From: Candidatus Magasanikiibacteriota bacterium
GTDB taxonomy: Bacteria > Patescibacteriota > Patescibacteriia > Magasanikbacterales > GWA2-37-8
NCBI GenBank assembly: GCA_016189025.1
Contig: JACPGS010000027.1
Span: 22,506 to 86,505, forward strand
Reading direction: 5' to 3'
DNA: 64,000 nt
The translations under genes were made by a program, and so were the position numbers. The first letter of the stretch is position 1. Each line of letters opens with the position of its first letter. The notes under the pieces were generated by a model. The model did not search any database and had not been told where the DNA came from. It saw only the letters and a program-made list of their open reading frames with translations. Positions 16,734 to 26,023 of the stretch are shown piece by piece.

Positions 16734-18054
16734 AAGCGGCGGGCGGTTTAATGCGATCAAAACCAAGGTAACTACGTAACACTTCCGGAACCATTACGCT
16801 GCCGTCCGCTTGCTGGTAATTTTCCAGAATGGCAATTAAAGCGCGGCCGATGGCAAATACCGTGGCGTCATTCATGTGCACCAGTTCAGTTTTTCCGTCG
16901 CGGCGGCGCACTTTGGTATTAAGGCGGCGCGCCTGATAGTCGGTCATTAAATCCGCGGTATGGGTTTCCCGGTATTGATTTTGGCTGGGCAGCCAGGCCT
17001 CCAGGTCAAGCTGGCGGAAATCCGGCAATCCCATATCGCCGGTGCAGTTAATTACTACCCGGTAAGGAATTTGGAGCGACTGCATCAGAGTTTCCTGGAG
17101 CGCTACCAGAAAGTCCTGCTCGGCTTCCGACTGTTCAGGCACGGTAAAGGATTCAAATTCCAGCTTATCAAACTGATGTACTCGGAAAATGCCGTGAGTG
17201 TATTTGCCGTACGTGCCGGCTTCTCGCCGGAACGCCGGAGAGAATCCCACATAGCGTAACGGCAGTTTAGCTTCGGGAATTATTTGGTCCAGATGCAGCG
17301 GGCCTAAAGTATGTTCGGCGCTGCCGACCAGGTATAAATTATCGCCGGGGATATGGTAGCGCTCTTCCCGCGGTTCTAGGCGCGCCATTTTAGCCATCGT
17401 TTCTTCTTTAATAAGAGCCGGCGGAATTACCGGAATAAAGGGCGTGGGAGGAACCGCCAGGTTATTTTTAGCGATTACTTCCTGCAATTTTACCTGATTG
17501 ATGACCAGGGAAAGGGCGTGCTGGATGAGGGCAAATTCCAACAGCGCTCCGGCGCCTTTAAGATAGCTAAAGCGCGCGCCGACGACGGCCGGAGCGGTAG
17601 CCACATCAATAATATCCAGTGACTCGCCCAGCGCCAGGTGATCGCGCGGGGTAAAATTAAATTCAGGCGGCGCGCCCCACTGCCGCAGCACCTGATTAGC
17701 AGTGTCGCTCTCCCCCACCGGCACGCTGGGGTGGGTCAAATTAGGCAATTTTTCCAATACTTCGTTTACCGCGCTTTCTTTTTCCTTCAGGAGTTCCTCT
17801 AAATTTTTAATTTCGTCGCTTAACTTTTTTAGCAGAGCCAGTTCTTCCGCCGTCGGTTTTCCGGTCGATCGTTTATTACGCTCGGCGCGCAGGTCTTCTA
17901 CGGTTTGTTTTAATTTCAGCCGTTCCGCATCCCGCCGGAGTAAATCTTCCAAATCAACTTCCGCCTGGCGGCGGCGGCAGTTTTCCGCCACCAGGGCAGT
18001 TTGTTCGCGCACTAGTTTGATGTCAATCATAGGAATGGTTAAGAGGTTTACCAA
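16732..18054 (-). CDS. serS: Seryl-tRNA synthetase
   Basis: N-terminal coiled-coil arm (MIDIKLVREQ...) and class II core motifs with typical length. Confidence 0.9.
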   Translation of the reverse strand: MVNLLTIPMIDIKLVREQTALVAENCRRRQAEVDLEDLLRRDAERLKLKQTVEDLRAERNKRSTGKPTAEELALLKKLSDEIKNLEELLKEKESAVNEVLEKLPNLTHPSVPVGESDTANQVLRQWGAPPEFNFTPRDHLALGESLDIIDVATAPAVVGARFSYLKGAGALLEFALIQHALSLVINQVKLQEVIAKNNLAVPPTPFIPVIPPALIKEETMAKMARLEPREERYHIPGDNLYLVGSAEHTLGPLHLDQIIPEAKLPLRYVGFSPAFRREAGTYGKYTHGIFRVHQFDKLEFESFTVPEQSEAEQDFLVALQETLMQSLQIPYRVVINCTGDMGLPDFRQLDLEAWLPSQNQYRETHTADLMTDYQARRLNTKVRRRDGKTELVHMNDATVFAIGRALIAILENYQQADGSVMVPEVLRSYLGFDRIKPPAA

Positions 18055-18869
18055 TCAATATAGTTAGTTAAAATTTTTTTATTTTCTTTTAACATGGGGT
18101 GATTAAGGGGCAGTAAAGGCAGGCGCAGCGCCTGGCGGAGCGTACACCAGCGGGCGCGGTGAGATTCCGCGTCAAGCGTCGCCAGTTTTCCTTTCACAAC
18201 GGTGCAGATAAAGAGGACGACAAAAACCTGATAACCGTATTTTTTTTCCCAGCGCGAATAAATTTTCGGCAGGCGTTCCGCTATTTTCACCGTTAAGCCG
18301 GTTTCTTCTTTAGTTTCTCGCCCCAAGCATTCCTCTATCCCCTCCCCTATTTCCACGCCGCCGCCCGGGAATTCCCACTTGCCGTTAAACTGGGGCCGGG
18401 GATCGCGGCGTTGCAGCATCAGTAGCCGGCGGTGGTTAGCCACCATCGCCACGGCCACCAGCATCTGGCGCGGTTCTGGCGGCGCTAGCTGCGAGGTGGT
18501 GAATAATTCAGGATGAAACCCGGGTAAGCGGCGGATTTGCCAGCGTTTATTTGCCAGCCGCCTTAGGGAAGCGACAAAAAATTTTTGATCGTAACCTAAG
18601 GCGATGATATCCGGTTTTTCTTCGCTTACTACCTGCATTTTATCATCATTATTGCCCAGCCGGATGCGGTCGGCGATTTTTAGTTTGGCCAGGCGCCGCT
18701 TCCTTTCTTGCTCGCTGTGGCGCGGCCAGCGTCCTTTTAAGGCGCTGACGGTTTCATCGCGAGCGACGATTACCGTTAAATGGTCTCCTAATTTTTTGGC
18801 TTCTTGTAAAAAGAACAGGTGGCCAGGATGTAAAATGTCAAATGTCCCGAATGCCATCACTTTCTTCAT
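18048..18869 (-). CDS. Bifunctional nucleotidyltransferase (HxGH, NadM/RibL-like) fused to a Nudix hydrolase
   Basis: N-terminal AFGTFDILHPGH and C-terminal Nudix box GKWEFPGGGVEIGEGIEECLGRETKEETGL. Confidence 0.55.
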   Translation of the reverse strand: MKKVMAFGTFDILHPGHLFFLQEAKKLGDHLTVIVARDETVSALKGRWPRHSEQERKRRLAKLKIADRIRLGNNDDKMQVVSEEKPDIIALGYDQKFFVASLRRLANKRWQIRRLPGFHPELFTTSQLAPPEPRQMLVAVAMVANHRRLLMLQRRDPRPQFNGKWEFPGGGVEIGEGIEECLGRETKEETGLTVKIAERLPKIYSRWEKKYGYQVFVVLFICTVVKGKLATLDAESHRARWCTLRQALRLPLLPLNHPMLKENKKILTNYIDW

Positions 18870-18871
18870 AA

Positions 18872-20362
18872 TTATTCTGGTTTTGATTCCGGGCGCAAGG
18901 TCGGGAACATAATTACCTCTTTAATATTATTGGCGCCGGTGAAGAGCATTACCATCCGGTCAATGCCGATCCCCAGGCCGCAGGCGGGCGGCATGCCGTG
19001 CTTAACAGCCTCCAGATAGTCGGTATCGGTCTGGTGCGCTTCCCCCAAGCCGGCGCCGGCCCGTTTTTTTTCGGCAATAAAGCGCTGTTCCAAATCAAGC
19101 GGGTCGTTGAGTTCGCTGTAATTATTGCCGATTTCACTGCCCAGCGCAAAGGCTTCAAAGCGTTCGGTAAAACGGGGATCAGCGCCCCGCTTGGCCAGCG
19201 GCGAAACTTCCACCGGATAATCATAGATAATAGTGGGCTGTATCAGTTGTTCTTCCACCAATTCTTCAAACGCCAAGGCCAGGATTTCTCCGGCCGAATT
19301 TTTGGCGTTTAGTTCCTGCTGTTTTTTAGAATCGGTAATCCGGGGCTGGAGGGCGGTTTTTGCTTCGGCCGCATTCCCGGCCAGATCAAAATTAACTTGG
19401 CCGATGGTGCGCACCGCTTCCACTAAAGTCAGCCGGCGCCAGGGACGGGCAAGCTCAACCGTCAATTCGTTATGCTTTATTTGGGTAGTTCCTAAAACTG
19501 ATTGAGCGCAGGACTCAAAAATTTCCTCAAATAAATCCATGCCGTAGCGGTAGTCGGCATAGGCGATTTGCGCTTCCAACATGGTGAATTCCGGGTTATG
19601 ATCGCGATCAATCCCCTCGTTGCGGAATACTTTGGTAATTTCGTATACCTTTTCTAAGCCCCCGATAATGGCGCGTTTCAGGTACATTTCATCGGAAATG
19701 CGCAGGAAAAAATCCGCGCCGAGCGCCTGATGATGAGTGATAAAGGGGCGGGCGAAGCCTCCGCCGTAGACCGGTTGCAAGGTAGGCGTTTCAATTTCTA
19801 AGAATCCTTGGCGGTCTAGCAGCTGGCGTAAGGCGGCAATGATACGGGAGCGCGTGCGCAACCGCTCCCGCACCGTTTCGTTCATAATCAGGTCCAGGTA
19901 GCGTTTACGGAAACGCGCTTCAACGTCGGTTAGTCCGTGCCATTTTTCCGGCAGCGGCAGGAGCGCTTTCGCCAGCATCGTATAATGGTTTACCCGTACG
20001 GTAATTTCACCCTTTTTCGTGGTAAACATTTCTCCGGAAACGCCTACCCAATCCCCCACCTCAAAATTTTTCAGCCAAAATTGATAGTCTTCTTTAGCGA
20101 GGGTAGGCGATGCCAAAGCAATCTGGAGTCGTCCGCTGGCGTCTTGCAGCTCGCCGAAGCATAATTTGCCCATTTCGCGTTTGGCCATTAACCGCCCTGC
20201 CACTTTTACGGTGGCTCCCGCCGGGGCCTGCCTCGCCTCGGCCAGCGTATGGGTACGTTCGCCGGTAGCCGGATAGGGATTAAGGCCGGCGCGTTGAATT
20301 GCTTGCAAATGGGCGAGGCGTACTTGGTCTTCTTTAAACAACGTCGGGTCAGAACCGATCAT
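18872..20362 (-). CDS. lysS: Lysyl-tRNA synthetase (class II)
   Basis: N-terminal OB-fold anticodon-binding domain plus class II motifs and typical length. Confidence 0.9.
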   Translation of the reverse strand: MIGSDPTLFKEDQVRLAHLQAIQRAGLNPYPATGERTHTLAEARQAPAGATVKVAGRLMAKREMGKLCFGELQDASGRLQIALASPTLAKEDYQFWLKNFEVGDWVGVSGEMFTTKKGEITVRVNHYTMLAKALLPLPEKWHGLTDVEARFRKRYLDLIMNETVRERLRTRSRIIAALRQLLDRQGFLEIETPTLQPVYGGGFARPFITHHQALGADFFLRISDEMYLKRAIIGGLEKVYEITKVFRNEGIDRDHNPEFTMLEAQIAYADYRYGMDLFEEIFESCAQSVLGTTQIKHNELTVELARPWRRLTLVEAVRTIGQVNFDLAGNAAEAKTALQPRITDSKKQQELNAKNSAGEILALAFEELVEEQLIQPTIIYDYPVEVSPLAKRGADPRFTERFEAFALGSEIGNNYSELNDPLDLEQRFIAEKKRAGAGLGEAHQTDTDYLEAVKHGMPPACGLGIGIDRMVMLFTGANNIKEVIMFPTLRPESKPE

Positions 20363-20374
20363 ATTTTCGCAGTC

Positions 20375-20842
20375 TCAAACTTGCTTAATTTCTAAAATTT
20401 CATATTGGCTTGAGCCGGCCGGGGTTTTTACCGTTACCGTATCCCCTACCCGGTGCCCGAGGAACGCTTCGCCGAGCGGCGATTCGTTGGAGATATAGCC
20501 CTGGGCCGGATTAATTTCCTGGGGGCCGACAATGGTATAGGTGCGCAAGGTAGCGCCGGTTTTAACTGCGATGGTATTGCCGATCGTTACGACGTCGCTT
20601 GGCTGGCTGACAATAAGTTGCGCATTGCCCAGGATATTTTCCAAATCCTGCAGCTGGCCCTGGGCCCAGGACATTTCTTCGCGCGCCTGGTGGTATTCGG
20701 CATTTTCCGATAAGTCGCCCTGCTGTTTGGCATCGTCAATGCGGCGGGCAATTTCCGGGATGGTTTCATCTTTGAGCTGGCGGTATTCTTCTTGCAGTTG
20801 AGCGAGACTATGAGCGGTAAGATATTGAGCGCTGTCTTCCAT
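20375..20842 (-). CDS. greA: Transcription elongation factor GreA
   Basis: 155 aa with an N-terminal coiled coil and a C-terminal FKBP-like GreA domain. Confidence 0.85.
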   Translation of the reverse strand: MEDSAQYLTAHSLAQLQEEYRQLKDETIPEIARRIDDAKQQGDLSENAEYHQAREEMSWAQGQLQDLENILGNAQLIVSQPSDVVTIGNTIAVKTGATLRTYTIVGPQEINPAQGYISNESPLGEAFLGHRVGDTVTVKTPAGSSQYEILEIKQV

Positions 20843-20906
20843 ATAATAATAGAGGCGGGAATTAAGATTAAGTATCGGTTATCATACCGCAAGCAGCCGG
20901 GTATTG

Positions 20907-22853
20907 TCAACGAGAATCGGTGAAGTCTTTGGCATAATGCCGGCTCCACCAGGCCAACCAGTTGCGGGCGATGGGAAGAGCGGCGCTGGCTCCCTCGCCG
21001 CCGCGCTCTACCAGAACGGTAATGACAATGGCCGGATTCTGATAAGGCGCATAAGCAGTAAACCAGGCATGAGTGGGTTCCTGGGAATGCCACTGCGCCG
21101 TGCCGGTTTTGCCGGCGCTGGCAAACGGCAGCGTCTGCAGCGCCTGGCAGCTGCCGACGGTAACGCAGGCGCGCATGCCGGTTTGCACCGCCGTAATGCT
21201 GCCGCCGGGCAAGGCCAGCGGCTTGGTCTGCCAGGCGGTGCGTTCGGTGGTTTTGCGCACCGGATCGGTTATTTCCTGAACTAAATGAGGGGTAATTAAA
21301 TTACCGCCGTTGGCCACCGCCGCGGTCCAGCGGGCAACCTGCAGCGGCGTTACCAGAATATCGCCCTGGCCGATGGAAAGATTATAAGTATCCCCGATAT
21401 ACCAGGATTCTTGCTTGGTTTGTTTTTTCCATTCCGGCGAGGGAATAAATCCGGCGGCCTCGCCGGGCAGATCAATACCGGTAGGTTCTCCTAAGCCGAA
21501 TAGCTGTAGATAGTGGCGCAGTTTAGTTATTCCTAAACCAGGAAAATTTTCGTGACCGCCGCCGATATAGTAAAAAAAGGTATTGATCGACCAAGCCAAG
21601 GCACGGGTAAGGTTGCTAGGACCGTGTCCGCCGGCTAACCAGTCGCGGAAAATCCGGTCACCGGCGCGGACAAAACCGGTACTGATAATGGTGGTATCAG
21701 CCCGTACAATCCGCTCGGCCCAGGCGGCGGCGGCAATTATTAATTTAACGGTGGAGCCCGGAGCGTATTGTCCGGCAAGGGCGCGATTGAAAAACGGCTG
21801 ATCGGGGTCCGCCAGATAGCGGGTATAGACGTCATTGGTAACCGCGCCGGAAAAGTCGTTATTATTAAAGGCAGGCAGACTGACCAAAGCCAGAATCGCT
21901 CCGGTCTGGGGATTCAACGCTACGGCGGCAACGCGCTGGCGCCCTGGTTTGTATTGTTTTCGCGCCTGATTTTCCAGCTCGGTTTGCGCTAATTGGTCAA
22001 TGGTAAGGCGCAGGTGGCGCCCTGGTTCCGGCGGCTCGGTAGCGAGCACTGCTTGTTCGCGCCCCAGCGCGTTTACTTCAATTTTTTTACGTCCCGGGCT
22101 ACCCCGTAAGACCGATTCATACTGGCGCTCCAGCCCGGCGCGGCCTACCGTATCGGTGGGTTGATAGGGGGCAGCGCTGTCGGCCGCCAGTTCCGCCGGC
22201 GTAATTTTTGCCAAATAACCCAGGAGATGCGATAAACTCGGCGTGCGGGAAGCGGCCGGGTAAGCGCGCCGGCTGCCGGTGGTAATCAATACGCCGGGCA
22301 GTTCGGCGCTTTCCAGGTAAAGTTTAAGGGCGGTTTGGTAGTCCAGATTTTCTTTGAGAATAATGGTTTCAAAACTATAAGAGCGCCAGGTTTCCAGCTG
22401 GTTGGTGATTTCCGTCGGCGAGACGCCGGTAATGGCGGCCAGGCGCTCTAACAACTGCTGGCGTTCCGGCAGCCGGCGCGGTAAATTATGAGGAATGATG
22501 GAGAGCGAAAAATTGGGAATATTTTCCACTAAGGCTTTTCCCGCGCGGTCAAAAATAATGCCCCGTTCCGCCGGAATCGAGCGCAGGCGCAGCCGGTTAG
22601 TTTCGGCCAGCTGGCGGTAATGCCCGCCGCGCAGCAACTGCAGCTGAATAGTGCGCCCGATTAATAAAAATAATAATAATGCCAATATTGCCAATAACCA
22701 GCGTTGCGGCCGCCGGTTGAGCGAAGTGTCCAGGGTGCGCACGGCGCGGTGAGTAACTAGCGCACCGGGGAAAGATTCCTCCACCCAACGCTTACGGTAA
22801 CGCCCGTTCACCTGGTTGGAATTAGCAATTTTAGCCAAAAAAAAGCGCCACAC
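20907..22853 (-). CDS. mrdA: Penicillin-binding protein 2 (peptidoglycan D,D-transpeptidase)
   Basis: TM anchor, dimerisation domain, STVK/SxN-type transpeptidase motifs and a position next to mreBCD. Confidence 0.8.
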   Translation of the reverse strand: MWRFFLAKIANSNQVNGRYRKRWVEESFPGALVTHRAVRTLDTSLNRRPQRWLLAILALLLFLLIGRTIQLQLLRGGHYRQLAETNRLRLRSIPAERGIIFDRAGKALVENIPNFSLSIIPHNLPRRLPERQQLLERLAAITGVSPTEITNQLETWRSYSFETIILKENLDYQTALKLYLESAELPGVLITTGSRRAYPAASRTPSLSHLLGYLAKITPAELAADSAAPYQPTDTVGRAGLERQYESVLRGSPGRKKIEVNALGREQAVLATEPPEPGRHLRLTIDQLAQTELENQARKQYKPGRQRVAAVALNPQTGAILALVSLPAFNNNDFSGAVTNDVYTRYLADPDQPFFNRALAGQYAPGSTVKLIIAAAAWAERIVRADTTIISTGFVRAGDRIFRDWLAGGHGPSNLTRALAWSINTFFYYIGGGHENFPGLGITKLRHYLQLFGLGEPTGIDLPGEAAGFIPSPEWKKQTKQESWYIGDTYNLSIGQGDILVTPLQVARWTAAVANGGNLITPHLVQEITDPVRKTTERTAWQTKPLALPGGSITAVQTGMRACVTVGSCQALQTLPFASAGKTGTAQWHSQEPTHAWFTAYAPYQNPAIVITVLVERGGEGASAALPIARNWLAWWSRHYAKDFTDSR

Positions 22854-22858
22854 AGGTT

Positions 22859-23404
22859 TTAAGTAAGGGGAGAGGAGCGAGGAATATAGGAAGGATTAAG
22901 CCGTCGGGAGAATTGGCGTAAAATGGCAGTGATGACTCCCAAACTAACTCCGGTGATAAGGATTTCGGCGGAAAATAATTTCAGATATTCCCCGCTGGTG
23001 TAGGCCGCGGCAGGGGAAGAGGTAAAAACGGCAGTCAGTAAATAAGTAGTTAAATAACTTAAACGGCCGAGACCCAGACCAATCAGGGCGGCGCTGCCCA
23101 GAGAGAGCGGCACCGCCGCGGCAAAAATTCGTTTGCCGATCCATTGGTAGATTAACAAACCCAGCAACAACGCGGCCGTCTGAGCGCCGTAGAGATTGCT
23201 GTTAAATGATTCTGCAGTGAGGCTGCTGATTAGTAATAACCAAAGGGCGCTACGGCGCGATTCCAGGCTGATTAAAGCGGCTGCCAAAAAAAACAAATTA
23301 AGGGTAACCCAGGGGAAGGGCAGCCACAGAGACAGCCCGAATTGGCTAATAATTATCAAAGCCGCTCCCACGGTATATTGTAAGAGGCGCCAGCTGAATT
23401 GCAC
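22859..23404 (-). CDS. mreD: Rod-shape protein MreD (polytopic membrane protein)
   Basis: Multi-TM 181-aa protein located between mreC and pbp2. Confidence 0.5.
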   Translation of the reverse strand: MQFSWRLLQYTVGAALIIISQFGLSLWLPFPWVTLNLFFLAAALISLESRRSALWLLLISSLTAESFNSNLYGAQTAALLLGLLIYQWIGKRIFAAAVPLSLGSAALIGLGLGRLSYLTTYLLTAVFTSSPAAAYTSGEYLKLFSAEILITGVSLGVITAILRQFSRRLNPSYIPRSSPLT

Positions 23405-23417
23405 AATGGTTTAATTA

Positions 23418-24221
23418 CTATTGGTTGCGACCAGCCACAAATAAAACACCGACCGTCGTTAATTTTTGAGTATCGCTCCCCGGGGCGACGGTAGTTTGTT
23501 GAAAGGGTTGATAGGCTTCATTTTCAATTTCCGCCACGGTGCCGATTAGTAAACCCCGCGGCAGGCCCGCTTCCAGACCGGCAGTTATTATCTGATCGCC
23601 GATGCGTACCCGCTCGTTGCGGGGAATAAATTTCATTTTTAATCCGGCGCCAAATCCCCCTTCCACAATGCCGCGGCTGCGCTCCGGATTCAGGATCAAA
23701 GCGGCAATTTTACTGCGATGATCCTGCAGCAGGCGGACGACTGAAGTTCGGGGGCGGAGTTCGGTGATTTTACCGATTAAAATCCCTTCGGGCGAGATGG
23801 CGGCGCTGCCCATTGTTACGCCATCTCTCCCCCCCCGGTCAATAATTAGAGTTTGTTCGGCAGTAGCCAGCGACTGCCCGATTATCCCGGCGGCAACCAC
23901 GGTAGTGGTGGGAGTGGCAAATTTTAATAAAGAGCGCAGGGCGGCATTTTCATCCCGCAGCAAATCTCTTTCGGCAACGGCTGCCAGCAGCGCGGGACGG
24001 TTGTTTAAACAGCTTTGCAGGGTGGTGCGGGTGATGGCGCAATCCGAGGGAATTTGTCGTTTGGTAAGGGCACTGGCGCGCCAGGCGCGCAGGAAACGGG
24101 TTGCCGGGGCAAATAACTTTATTACTCCGTCGGTAAACGCGCCAGACCAGCCTAAAGCATGAACCCCGATAGCGACGCCAACAACTAAAATAACTAGTAG
24201 CGCGGGGCGATTAACGCGCAT
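23418..24221 (-). CDS. mreC: Rod-shape protein MreC
   Basis: Single N-terminal TM, coiled coil and beta-rich C-terminal domains, and operon position. Confidence 0.7.
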   Translation of the reverse strand: MRVNRPALLVILVVGVAIGVHALGWSGAFTDGVIKLFAPATRFLRAWRASALTKRQIPSDCAITRTTLQSCLNNRPALLAAVAERDLLRDENAALRSLLKFATPTTTVVAAGIIGQSLATAEQTLIIDRGGRDGVTMGSAAISPEGILIGKITELRPRTSVVRLLQDHRSKIAALILNPERSRGIVEGGFGAGLKMKFIPRNERVRIGDQIITAGLEAGLPRGLLIGTVAEIENEAYQPFQQTTVAPGSDTQKLTTVGVLFVAGRNQ

Positions 24222-24239
24222 ATCTATAATAATATTCTA

Positions 24240-25295
24240 TTAACGCGAGCGTTTTCCCAGTTCAGGGAAGACCGCCACTTCGCGGAGCAATTCTGGTTCG
24301 TCCAGCAGAATCCCCGTGCCGCGTACCACGGCGGTCAGCGGATCATCGGCCAGGCGCACAGGAATTTCCAGGGCGCGCTGAATCAGCTGGTCTAGCCCGC
24401 GCAGCAGGGCGCCGCCGCCCGAAAGTAGCAGCCCCCGCTCGTGGATGTCGGCCACTAATTCGGGAGGAGTAATTTCCAGGATATCTTTAATGCTGTCAAC
24501 AATGGTACGGAGCGATTTAATCATCGCTTCGCGCACCTGGGCATCGTTAATCATTACTTCGCGCGGCAGTCCGGTTATCAAATCGCGTCCGCGCATGGGA
24601 AATTCTTTGGTTTCTTCCCCGGATACGGCGGAGCCGATTTTGATTTTTATTTCTTCCGCCTGCCGTTCCCCCAGCAGCAGATTGAAAACGTCGCGGGCGT
24701 ATTGGACGATATTGCGGTTTAATTCATCGCCGGCAATTTTAATTGATTTGCGCGTAGTAATGCCCGAGAGCGAAATGACGGCAATTTCCGAGGTGCCGCC
24801 GCCGATTTCAATAATCATATTGCCCACCGGTTCGCGAATCGGCAGGCGCGAACCGATGGCGGCGGCCATCGGTTCTTCCACAATCCATACCTCGCGGGCG
24901 CCGGCGTGCGTTACCGCATCCTGAATGGCCCGCAATTCCACCTCGGTGATATTAATGGGAGCGCCGATTACCACTTTGGGCCGGGATAATACCCCCGGGG
25001 TGGCGCCGTGATACACCTGTTCAATAAAATAACGGAGCATTTTTTCGGCAATTTCAAAATCGGAAATAATCCCGCCGGTCAGGGGGCGGGTAGTAATAAT
25101 GTGCGGCGGCGTTTTTCCCAGCATGTCTTTGGCTTCCTGGCCGACGGCCAGGATTTGTTCGGTGCGGGTATTTACTGCCACCACGCTCGGTTGGTTGATG
25201 ATAATGCCGCGACCCTGGACGTAAACCAAGGTATTAGCCGTGCCCAAATCAATGCCCAGTTCCTGGCGCCAGCGCTGCCATAGATTAGTGATCAT
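24240..25295 (-). CDS. mreB: Actin-like rod-shape protein MreB
   Basis: DLGTANT phosphate-1 motif and a full actin/Hsp70 fold. Confidence 0.9.
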   Translation of the reverse strand: MITNLWQRWRQELGIDLGTANTLVYVQGRGIIINQPSVVAVNTRTEQILAVGQEAKDMLGKTPPHIITTRPLTGGIISDFEIAEKMLRYFIEQVYHGATPGVLSRPKVVIGAPINITEVELRAIQDAVTHAGAREVWIVEEPMAAAIGSRLPIREPVGNMIIEIGGGTSEIAVISLSGITTRKSIKIAGDELNRNIVQYARDVFNLLLGERQAEEIKIKIGSAVSGEETKEFPMRGRDLITGLPREVMINDAQVREAMIKSLRTIVDSIKDILEITPPELVADIHERGLLLSGGGALLRGLDQLIQRALEIPVRLADDPLTAVVRGTGILLDEPELLREVAVFPELGKRSR

Positions 25296-25680
25296 AAGAG
25301 GCCGGAGAGCGAGAGCGACGCGTGAACCTAAAAATTAATAACCCTCCCCCCAGAATCAATAGTCCGCTGAACCAAGTTGCCAGCCCCTGGCGCAACAGTA
25401 TCAGGAGCAGTAAAACTCCCGACGCAATTGCCAATCCCCGCCCGGCGGCCTGGCGCGCCGGTTGGTACCGGAGCGGCGCGGCGCGGTCGCGCGGGAATTC
25501 TCGGGATAGGCCAATGAGGATGGTGCTCCCCCCGATGAAAGCGAGCAAGCTCGCGTAAAAAAGAATAATTCCTAACCGGCCGCTTTCATCCGGATTTACC
25601 CAGACTAAAATCAAAACCCAGGCCGCCAGGCTGAACAGCGTCCCCAGGGTTAAAACCAAGCAGTATTGGCGCCAGGTCAT
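25285..25680 (-). CDS. Hypothetical membrane protein (131 aa, 3-4 TM helices)
   Basis: Hydrophobic ORF overlapping the mreB start by 11 nt. Confidence 0.4.
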   Translation of the reverse strand: MTWRQYCLVLTLGTLFSLAAWVLILVWVNPDESGRLGIILFYASLLAFIGGSTILIGLSREFPRDRAAPLRYQPARQAAGRGLAIASGVLLLLILLRQGLATWFSGLLILGGGLLIFRFTRRSRSPASYDH

Positions 25681-25705
25681 AGTTAAACGGTATTTTAGCA
25701 GGTGT

Positions 25706-26020
25706 TTATTGGTTTGGCAAGGCGGTCTGATAAGTTAAACGTCGCACCAGATTTTGGCCCAAACGCCGATTAATTGCTGCCATTAATTTGGTCGCCTGTA
25801 ATCTGGTTTCCTGGGCTGCCGCGGCACTGGCACAGGAAAGCGCCAGGGTACCCTGGCGGAAGTAACGGGGCACTACGGTTGATTGGAGGGCGCCGCCGGC
25901 TACAATCAATAAACTGGCGCGACTGGCCGCCAATACTAATTCGGCAGTGATTTGTTCGCGGTGGGTAGTAGCGGAAAATTGGCGTAGTAGTCGGGCCAGG
26001 GGCTCCATCATAAGGGACAA
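25706..26020 (-). CDS. Hypothetical protein (104 aa)
   Basis: Starts 4 nt after the helicase stop, suggesting translational coupling. The alternative overlapping frame 25770..26069 would run into the helicase gene. Confidence 0.3.
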   Translation of the reverse strand: MSLMMEPLARLLRQFSATTHREQITAELVLAASRASLLIVAGGALQSTVVPRYFRQGTLALSCASAAAAQETRLQATKLMAAINRRLGQNLVRRLTYQTALPNQ

Positions 26021-26023
26021 AGG

